Below are positions 16,401 to 27,277 of a stretch of 64,000 bases of DNA, one piece after another. The notes beneath the pieces are model-generated. The model did not search any database. It was given only the letters and a program-made list of their open reading frames with translations, and was not told the origin of the DNA. This DNA comes from Eledone cirrhosa (lineage: Eukaryota): the NCBI GenBank assembly GCA_964016885.1, contig OZ024743.1, positions 149,420,001-149,484,000 on the forward strand. Direction: 5' to 3'. Position 1 is the first letter of the stretch. Every line of letters begins with the position of its first letter. Both the position numbers and the translations under genes were made by a program.

Positions 16401-18239
16401 TGGTGATGGTATGTCATTAAGTATTAATGCCTTTCATTGTGTGCCAGGTTGTTGATGTAAGATGAATGGTTTTGATAATTAAATATATATAATAGATATT
16501 ATTATAAAATGATGAAATAAAGAACCGAAGCAATTATAAGAGCATATATATGTATGTTTCAATGGTTAATATGACTCTACCACTATGTAACTATTTAACC
16601 ACACATACACATTCATTCATTATTTTGGCTTTCTCTCTTCTGTTAAGCCTGAAACAATTCAAATTAACTACACTTGACACAAATCTGTTCAATCCACTAG
16701 AGAAATAAGTGTAATGCATAAATAAGAAGTATATTAATATGTTTATTAATTAAAAAAATATATTGTTACATATTTCTGTGTGTAAGAAGAAAGCATTGAG
16801 TTTTGCCATCATCATCATCATCAACATCTTCATTTAACATGCGTTTTTTCTGCTAGCAAGTGTTGAGAGTAATTTCAGATATACATGTAGATGATGAATG
16901 AGAACTAAACTTAGAATCAGTGTACACCATCAAAAGACTTTTTAATATAGTTCTTTCTTATACAAAGAAATATTTTGCAGTTGACTTTAATGGCAAGTCC
17001 ATCAGTTTTTTGTTTGCCTAAGGTAGCCCTTCACTTTTCCATGCATTTTCCACTCTAACAAGCTCTTGTAATAGTACTTCCAAGGCTTCTTGGTGTTAGT
17101 AAGAGAAAGTTTACTATTACCCCTACCTAGAAGCCAGGCCTACCTGTAGAGAGAGATCTATGGTTACATCAAAGACATGGCAATACAATGCACCCAGTAC
17201 ACACTGTAAAACGATTAGCATTAGGAAGGGCATCTAGCAGTAGAATGTATCAAGTGAGATATGATCCCTAATCCATCTAGGAGTATAGTAACTCCAATAA
17301 AATACTATCCTTGTCTATATTGATCCAGTTAAACTAATGGAAGCATGAGAAGCTGATGTAAAAGGATGATGATACCATTTTTCAGGCAGAAATAAGGATT
17401 TAACCAAATGATGCAGCCGAGAAAAAGTTTGGAGTCAAGGAATCGTGCATCACCAGAAAAATTAAGACAACATACAATTGCTGAAAGGAATTGGGCACAT
17501 GGTGGCAAATACTGACTTCTGAATATAAGAAAATAGTGCCTACCTCTACATGGTTAATTCATATTGCTAGTAATAGCAGCCACATTCATACATATTACAT
17601 GTTAATGCTTTAAAAAATTGGATACACTAGATATGTAGCACCAGATATACAAAAAAAGGGGTGATTATGACTGGAAATACCTTTGGTCATAAGTCTTTTG
17701 ATCATGTTTGATCTGGGGCTAAACAACAACAATAACAAGGGCAAGTATATACCACATAATTCTTTTTATCTTCCAGTTACAGTCCATCACCATTGAGTCT
17801 ACTAGCTAAACTACCAGGATAGGTTAAATAGATATTATTTAGAAATTTTGGTAGGAGTCACACAAAAATTTGGCATTAAAACCTAGATATTGGATACAAA
17901 TGTACAGGCTTGAAATTATTTCCATAACAAACTCAGATACAAACTATATATATTTTCAGCACTGGGTTTAAAAAATCTGAGTTGTTCAACATTCTTCATG
18001 CACAAAATAATAAAAAATATATAATGTACAAACTATGTAGAATAACTGTAGAAGTTTTAATTCTATACTTGGATAATCTGATGTGTAAGAGCTGAGAGGA
18101 ATTAACAACACACCATGAAACACAGATAATGACTACAATAGCAAATTCCCTCAACAAAATATACCAACTGTTTCAACATTAATTGCATTGCCTCACATGA
18201 CCACTGTTACCTATCTTGAGGGTATATGTATGTATATAT

Positions 18240-18575
18240 GGAGGCACATGGCTTAGTGGTTAGAGCATTGGCCTTGCAATCGATAGGTTGTGAGTTCAAT
18301 TCTCAGACTGGGTGATGTGTTGTTTCCTTGAGCAAGGCACTTTATTTCACATTGCACCAGTTTACTCAGCTGTAAAAATGAGATGATAGGGACTGGGGTC
18401 CATATCATTCCACTGCAAAGTGGTTGTGGAGGTGCCACAGCAAAAAAGCACCCAGCACTCACTGTAAATGAGGGTTGTGTTAGGAAGGGCATCCAGCTGT
18501 AGAAATCAAGCCAGAATCAGTTCCCGTCCCACCCTTGCAAGCAGGGAAAAGCGGACGTAAAATGATGATGATGAT
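18240..18575 (+). mobile_element. tRNA-derived SINE (family A), full length
   Basis: A box TGGCTTAGTGG, B box GAGTTCAATTC, CCTTGAGCAAG core, 3' part matching RTE 3' UTR (44355-44495), (GAT)n tail. Confidence 0.92.
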
Positions 18576-18989
18576 GTGTTTGTTTCGTGTATATGATGAA
18601 ACAAAGAGATGCACTTACATGTGTATGTCTATATGTGAGAGAGATTATATTTATGGTGCAAACAAAAGCATAAATGTTAAAAGGCGGGCCTGAGAAGACT
18701 GGAAGATTAGGAGAAGCAGAGAGCTATAGTAGACATTTAGAATAGATGCCAGGCCTCAGGTATACGAAGCTAGGAGCAAAGCAAAAAGAAAATAGTCTGT
18801 ACATGTTCTTTGATGTAAGTATCAGATTTGTGAAATGCTTTGGATTGCAAAATAGGGTGCTAGAGATAATTATAATGTCATTGAGAAGAATTACATCTAG
18901 AATGATAGTGGGGTATTTGCTCAAAAGAAAGAGACATTGAAGCACTGTAATGACAGATTGTTGAATGAGGAAATGTATGGGAAGAGGTG

Positions 18990-19735
18990 GCCTACTCTAA
19001 GTACATCAAACAGAAGATCCGGTCATTAAAGGGGACAGCAATATAATTAGATAAAGTGATTAAGGATATGTAGATAGAGTACGCAGCTGGACCATCGAGT
19101 TTGTCACTGAGATGCTGAAAATATCTGGTACTAGCCACATCTATAGGCAATCCAGTAGAAGTTGCTATCATACCCAATGATTGGTGGAGCAACATCATTG
19201 TCAACTGCTACAAAGGCAAAGGAAATGTGCTTAGAGAATGAAAATTATAGAGGTATCAATTTGATGGATATCAGAACATAAAAGTTACTGAAAAGGTTGT
19301 TATTATAATAGTACAACTGATTAGAGACAGAATTAACCTCAATGCAATGCAGTTTGACTTTGTGCTAAGAAGAGGTACTACCAATGCTCTCTTCCAAATG
19401 CAAGATAAATACATAGGTAGATATAAGCCTTTCTCTCTAACATTTGTTGACGTTGAGAAGGCCTATGATAGTGTATTACACTCAGATATCTGGTGAGTGC
19501 TAAAGAAACTAGAAGTAAATGAATGATATGTGAAGCCAGTGCAACCCATGTACAGAGGGGCAATGAGGGTAAACAATAAGTACAGGGATTAATTTAGCAT
19601 GCAGTTAAGAATCCACTGTGCTCATTCCATAGGCTTCTTCTGTTTATCATAGTCCTCGAGGCCATAACAGAGGAGCTTAAGACCAGCTGTCCATGGGAAT
19701 TCCTCTGAGCTGATTACCTAGGGCTTATTTCTTTT
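18990..19735 (+). pseudogene. Decayed RTE LINE RT fragment
   Basis: Frameshifted homology to 27679 ORF (VNCYKGKG, NYRGINL, MQFDF, LKTSCPWEFL*ADYL). Confidence 0.8.
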
Positions 19736-19807
19736 TCTGTAGATTAAGCAATAAGAACTAGGTCATACCGACTCTCTTTTACTCAAGCCTTTCATTACCA
19801 TATCTAT

Positions 19808-20143
19808 GGAGGCACATGGCTTATTGGTTAGAGCATTGGCCTTGCAATCGAAAGGTTGTGAGTTCAATTCTCAGACCGGGTGATGTGTTGTTTCCTTGAG
19901 CAAGACACTTTATTTCACATTGCTCCAGTTTACTCAGCTGTAGAAATGAGATGATAGGACTGGGGTCCATATCATTCCACTGCAAAGTGGTCGTGGAGGT
20001 GCCATGTCAAAAAAGCACCCAGCACTCACTGTAAATGAGGTTGGTGTTAGGAAGGGCATCCAGCTGTAGAAATCAAGCCAGAATCAGTTCCCGTCCCACC
20101 CTTGCAAGCAGGGAAAAGCGGACGTAAAATGATGATGATGATG
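19808..20143 (+). mobile_element. tRNA-derived SINE (family A), full length
   Basis: Near-identical to 18240-18575. Confidence 0.92.
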
Positions 20144-20147
20144 AATA

Positions 20148-20661
20148 TATACTACTAAAACTGTGATTGCTTACTTGCTTGTGCATAATGGGAAAATACT
20201 TTAAAAGAAAGTTGACCCTGAAATGAGAATACAAATGGAATAAAACAAGTTTCGCGTAAATCAAAGCACGGGTTCCTGAGATATGGAGTTTTCTGGGTAC
20301 CTTCATAAACAGAGAGAGAGAAGGATAGAGAGAAAGAGATGGTGGTTGTGAGAGAGTAGATTGAAAGAGAGACATAGAGAGAGGGAGAAGAGACAGAAGG
20401 AGAATGGAAGAGAGAGAGAGAGCTGATGGTGTTGTTGTGTATATATATATGTGTGTGTGTGTCTAAGGCCAGTGTATATAGATCAGACACCCACATCACA
20501 TATATATACACACACATATATATATAAGTATATAAATATATATATGGGCCTTCCAATTTCATTTTACATTATATACATGTCTGTGTATAATTTAATTATC
20601 TAAAAATTATTTTTAAATTATTTTAAAGAGAAAGTGACCCAACGAGTCATGGGTGGTCTAG
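20148..20661 (+). mobile_element. Non-autonomous Helitron-like element
   Basis: 3' hairpin ACCCA..TGGGT followed by CTAG-T; 5' end uncertain. Confidence 0.45.
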
Positions 20662-21639
20662 TTTATAATAAAAGACACTGCCTATAATGTAGTAAAAAGA
20701 ACGTTTCTCATTAACAAACTGCTGTCAAAAACAAGTTAAAGGTTTTATATAAAATGACAATAAGGTTGGGTAGAAAGATATAAACACTTTAAAATATTCA
20801 ATTTAGCATTGTAGAATCAAATGGTTTAGTATCAAATGGATTACACTGCTTCTTTGGAGTTTATTCAAAATAAAATTTTATGTTGAGGAAAATATAACAT
20901 AGTATATTTTATAATATATAGGAGAGTAAATTTCTTCTCAGAACAATGAAAAGAGAATTTCAGTAAAACAAGCTGATTTACCCAATCCATTATTCTATCT
21001 TTATTTTCATTACAAACTTCTAAGTTTTATTTATTGATATATGTTACATTTAGAGACAGTCATTTTCATATTTACATGAATCTTATACAATTCTGACCTT
21101 AACTTGGATAATTCTGAAAATATCAAACGGCAATTTATAATTTTGTATAATTTCCATTGGGTTAAAATCATAATCTTTATTGTTCTTGGCAATATTTACC
21201 TGCTATTACTAACTGGAGCAGACGTTATCATTTAGACAAAATATCTACACTTCTCTATAGCTATAAAATGGAGCTGAAAGTCAAAGATAAAAGACACCGC
21301 TAGCAGCTAAAAAGACAATGATATAATTTAAAATGCAGAAATACACTCAGTGATACAAAAGTGTGTAATAGCCTCTGTGTGATAACCAAATATTCACTAT
21401 TGATATTCTATTAACTTTTTCAGTTAGCATTAGGACTGTTGTCTTTAGCCCCAAGTCAGTCATCCCTTATCAGACTTATGATCAAAGCTGTTCCAGTCAT
21501 GATCAGGCCATATTTGTGTAGCTAGAATTACATTGTTCAATGTTTCCTTCCATATTCACAATAGTGTCGTGTAATTTGAGGGAGATTTGATACTATCTCT
21601 AGCTTCCACCTATCTTTCTTCGTTTGTTAGCATCATAGA

Positions 21640-22740
21640 AATTTTGTAAAGTGGAGATAATATTAGCTGAATTAATAAAATCTCTAACTGGTATTTAGTG
21701 GTCGTTAAGTGATAAATGAGTATGCTAAACTACCCTGCATAGTTGCTGAGATACTAAAACCACCTGGCATATTAGGTTACAAGCTATCTAGATGTATAAT
21801 TAATCAAGTAGTATAGGATGGTGTCATACCCAATGATGGGTACAGCAATTTCATTCTAGACTGCTACAAGAGCAAGGGAGATGCACTATAGAGAGGTAAC
21901 TACAGAAGCATCATGAAATTTACTGAAAACGCTATAGCACAACTAATTAGAGACAATGTCAAGCTGGATGAGAAGCATTTCTGCTTTTTGCTGGGTAGGG
22001 GTACTACTGTTCTTTGTGAAACAAATTCAGAAATGATTAGCTAAGAGTAAACTGCTGTAGTTGGCTTTTGTGGATCTGCAAAAGACTTTTTAGAGTTTGA
22101 CCCATTCTGTAATCCAGCTCATGAAGGTCATGAAAGCCATATATATAGGTGCAACCAACAAGTTGCCAATATGTATAGTGACAAATTTGAAGGGCTGGTT
22201 GAGGGAAATGCATGTAGTACATCTAGTAAAGTGGTTGGTGATATGAAAGGCACCAGAGCTGTAGAAGCTATACCAAAAAATGGTCACAATGACTCTTCAG
22301 TTGTGTCAAAGGCAGGAGAATCTCTTTAGTGTTGGTGACACAAGCACAGCCAGTACACTCTGTAAAGTGGTTGGAGATAGGAATGGCATCTATGCATAGA
22401 CAACTGGTCAAACAAAGGGTCAGGAGGACTCTTTAGCTGTGTCAAAGACATGACAACCTCCTTAGTGCTGGTGATCTATATGATAAATACACCTACTGCA
22501 TTCTCTAAAGTGGTTGTTGATAGGAAGAGTATCCAGCTATAGAAAAACTGCCAAAAAAAGCTTGATGTGGGCCTTTAGTTTGTCTGAGTATATGTTAGAT
22601 ATGGCAATGTATATAAACAAGGTGTGGGCCCCCAGCCCATCTGAGCAAGCAGCAGTGCGGATTAAGTACTGACTTTATCTGTGATGACCCATCCAACACT
22701 CGATAGCAGGGAAAACGGACATTAAATGATGATAATCATT
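21640..22740 (+). pseudogene. Decayed RTE LINE (RT fragment plus 3' UTR)
   Basis: DCYKSKGDAL*RGNYRSI remnant; ends ggaaaacggacattaaatgatgat. Confidence 0.7.
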
Positions 22741-25470
22741 ATCCGTTACAGAGTTACAGGACTGTGTAGTTAAGATGTTTACTTTGCAACCATAAAGTTT
22801 TGAGTTCTATACCACTGCATGGCCCCTTGAGTGAGTCAGTGTTTTCTCCTATATTCTTGGACTGACCAATATGTGAACGAATTTGGTAGAGAGAAACTCT
22901 TTGAAAGCCCATCATATCTATCTATCTATCTATCTATCTATTTATGTGTATATATATATCGATGTTAATGATGATGATGTTTTGTACATGTGTGTGTTTG
23001 ACTGTTTCCAATATATTTGCTTCATATTTGATACCACTTTCACAGGCATGCTTGATTATGTTTTCCATAAACAATATGTCCTGTGGCTCAACAGTTCGAC
23101 TTGAAGATTAGTTCCTCACATAAAAAAACTACTATATGATGATGACAATGATGATGGTGATAACAATATTATTTTTTTTTATTATTTGATAGAAAACGAA
23201 GTCAATTAACTACTTTTCAACAAGAAATGTTGGAACTTTCTATTCAGAACAAAATTGTGAATGAGGGAACGAAAGATAAATTTATGAAGCTCTACATGTT
23301 CAGAAACAGAACAACTAGAGATTAACACTATAAAAAAGAAAAAGCAAAACTTTCACTTTTTGTTAGATTGAGCTATAATGGTGCAACTGGAGATTCTCAA
23401 CTGGTTATGTATCTAGGGCATGTGAACCTGGTGAAGCCCATCTCGTGATAAGACTGAAGCACAACACTGCAAACTAAGAAAGTTTTTGTCAATTATATTC
23501 TCTGTTGATATTTATAGCAGTGTACTTCACTGCCTGTACACACATATTTATGAGAGGAGAACACAGATGCTCAAAATTCCTTAATACATCATATATACTA
23601 TTAACCACTGCATGTCAGAGTGTATAATATGGTACTCAACTGGCATATTGAAATCTCTGTATATATTAAACCTAGTCATCCAACCTACTATTTATGTCTC
23701 CTCAACCAGGGCTAACTTGGTGATACACAATTTATTTGCAGTTTGGAGAAAAGATCATCTAAAATTAAGTGATTCTACCATATGAGTGTGTGGTTCAGAA
23801 GGTTCCTTTAAAACTACATGCTTTTAGGTTCTATCACACTACACAGCATATTAAGCAAATACTTTCTACCTATGAGTGAAATTTGGTAGATAGAAACTGA
23901 GTGGAAGTCCATTGGAGGAATCCTGTGTTAGACTTAATGTATACCAACACAACCTGATTTTTTAATGTTTTTAGTATTTGAACCAAGTCTGCCATATGCA
24001 GACAATATTTTTTCTTCCTCCCACCAATCTCAAAATCCCTGGAATGGGTTATGGGCACTAAACCTCTTCCTATTAGTCATTAGAAAAAGAACAACAAAAT
24101 TAATTATTTCTACCATAGATACATTTCATAGGTGGCAAAATAGAAATGATCGATAATTCAGCTAATGGGCCATAAATCTATGGAATTAGTCAAGTGGGAC
24201 TCTTTTTCTGCTGAGAAATAAATAAAATATTTACTTTAATTTTTGAATTGAAACAATAAGCACCATAAATATATTAAAGAGAGTTAGACAACCTTAATTC
24301 CCCATAGTAATTGATAAGAAAGAGCCAACTATACATTATTAATTACAGTTAATTAACTAGTACTATTTATTTAGACACCCCCCCCCCCCCCCCCCCCCCC
24401 CACCACCACCACCACTACCACCACCACCACCACCCCACCACCACCACATGATTCAAGTTATTAAACAGTTGTTGTAAGGAGATAAAATGACCCAATAAAA
24501 ATGTTGTGACAGAAGAGGGAGGGATATAATTCCTAGTATTCATGACTATTAAAGAGCCCTTCAGAATCAGAATCATGTATACTGTATAACATAACTTAAA
24601 TTACTGGGTGGGTGAGGGAATCTACAGTCAGCTTTTTCCATAATAACATCTCATAAGTTTTTAAAAGTTCCTTCTCAAAATACTTGAAAAAGTTTGTTTT
24701 TTATTAAAGCAAAAGAAGAAAAAATAATTTAAGGGACCGTAGAACTAAAAAGTTCTTTACATACAGAGTTTGTAAGTTTTTAAAGTTATTTATGGACAAA
24801 AAAAGGAGAAACAGATACACACACATACACGCAAAGAATAAAAGAAACGGGCTTACATCAAAATATAATTTCTTTTCAAAAAATGTATTATTTAAGATTT
24901 ATGACTTATTTAGAAAAATGCATAGTGAAGATTTAAGAGTTTTTATTCTTTTTTATTTCATTTTCTTTTTATAAAAACATCTTCTAAGATCTAAAAGTTA
25001 TTATAAAACTTCATCTTCATGTTACTTAGAAAGAAAAAGTTTGCAACAAAATGCAAAATATATTTGTAAAAAATAAAAACAAAATTCTCATAAACACACA
25101 TACTATAAATGAAAAAAAACATTAACAATTACTGCTACTACAGAGATAAATATTATATACAAACAAGCAAGAACACAAGAACTTGATTGAGAAGTTATTT
25201 ACAAGAAATGTAATGTTTGAGTGAAAAGGACAAACTTTATAGAAGTATCAATTATTTTTTCATTAATTTTTGTAGAAAAAACAATCCAATCTTAATGGGA
25301 ATAAGTTTATACATTAATTCATCATAGTAGTTTTGTAAATATCCAAGATGAAGATGTATACATTTTTTAATATATGTACAATACATTACATATCTCAATA
25401 TAAAATATAATAAAATGTATTGTATTGGGTGTATATTTCTATAAATATATGTATAATATATATATGTATG

Positions 25471-25535
<65 letters not shown>

Positions 25536-25799
25536 GAGAAAGAGATGACAAAATATCAGACAAGGCCTTGTGGTTAAAGAATTTGCTTTTTAACCAGATA
25601 GTTTCAAGTTCAGTTCCTGGATGGTATCTTGGGCAAGAGTCTTCTACTCTATTCACAGGTTGACCAATGTCTTTTGAGTGAAATTTGGTAGATGGTAGCA
25701 GTGTAGAAGCCCACTGAATATCTATCTATCTATCTATCTATTTATCTATCTATCTATATTTATATCTATCTAGTTATCTATATATATCTATATATATAT

Positions 25800-25971
25800 C
25801 CACACTGTAAATGTGGTTGGTGTTAGGAAGGGCATCCAGCCGTAGAAAACCTGCCAGACAGTCCTATACGAGTGAGACATGGTCACCCGACCAATCTTGC
25901 CTCAAGTAGGACAATTCCCATCTAAACCCATGCTAGCATGGAAGATAGACGTTAAACAATGATGATGATGA
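25800..25971 (+). mobile_element. RTE-type 3' end, short insertion
   Basis: ggtgttaggaagggcatccagc..gacgttaaacaat(gat)n. Confidence 0.85.
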
Positions 25972-26379
25972 GTTCGATACTCGAGATTTATCCTTAATAG
26001 GATATCTCAAAACGCGAACGAAACCCAGGGTAGGGACATAATCACGGTAAGAGTGTGCGCATTTCTTCTAACTTTAAATTAATACCTAATTGTGTATGGT
26101 TGACGGTATATTTAGTCGATTTCTACATGCTCTTGAAATGTTGGGTAAATATTCTATTGCGGTCGGCCGCGAAGAGGCTGCTTTCGTTTATTTATCAAAT
26201 ATTTCTTCATAGGAGCCTTTATTCTATTTGGTCTAATTGATTTTTTATGTGGTTAATTATGCTAATTGGGAGAGGAAATAGTGTATATATTTTATCAAAT
26301 GATTCTATGGACATAATTTATGATATATATATATATATTCAGTGGGCTTCTACACTGTTACCATCTACCATATATATAT

Positions 26380-26768
26380 ATACTGTAAATGCCAGCATAC
26401 AAGTCAACATTTGGAGCCTAAAAATATCTCTCCAAAACCAGGGGTTGACTTGCATGTGGAATATAAAATGTGAACCTTTACCACTGAGGGTAAAAACAGT
26501 GAAACTGCTTGCTTAATACTCATTCTACACCACTTACCATAGCTCTGACAGCTCACCATAATTATTTCCTATTGAACCTCATATTTAAGACAATTTAATG
26601 TAATATTTATGAATGGCAAGCGCATCTAGAGCTTGAGAGATAGCACTGCCTTATTTTTAGGAGGGTGGGGTCGTCTTATCTGGTGAATATAGGCCTAAAC
26701 CTGAATTACTCCATACAATTTTAGGGGTTGACTTATGTGCCGTAATGATTTGTACTCATATGCGGTAT
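26380..26768. mobile_element. Decayed MITE, pogo-like
   Basis: Degenerate TACTGTA / TGCGGTA ends in TA context; internal ggggttgactt repeats. Confidence 0.45.
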
Positions 26769-26778
26769 ATATATACAT

Positions 26779-27130
26779 GGAGGCACATGGCTTAGTGGTT
26801 AGAGCATTGGCCTTGCAATCGAAAGGTTGTGAGTTCAATTCTCAGACCGGGCGATGTGTTGTTTCCTTGAGCAAGAGACTTTATTTCACATTGCTTCAGT
26901 TTACTCAGCTGTAGAAATGAGATGATAGGGACTAGGGTCCCTATCATTCCACTGCAAATGTGGTCATGGAGGTGCCACGGAAAAAAAGCACCCAGCACTC
27001 ACTGTAAATGAGGTTGGTGTTAGGAATGGCATCCAGCTGTAGAAATCAAGCCAGAATCAGTTCCCGTCCCACCCTTGCAAGCAGGGAAAAGTGGATGTAA
27101 AATGAAATGATGATGATGATGAAATGATGA
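26779..27130 (+). mobile_element. tRNA-derived SINE (family A), full length
   Basis: Near-identical to 18240 and 19808 copies. Confidence 0.92.
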
Positions 27131-27277
27131 TATATATATATATATATATAACTAAGCAGATTGACAAATATGAGATCAATTTGTCAAAATAAGTATTATC
27201 GTCAATATGATTGACTAAATCCCTTCAAGACAGTGCCCCAGCATTGCTGCAGTCTAATGACTGAAACCAAAGAATAT

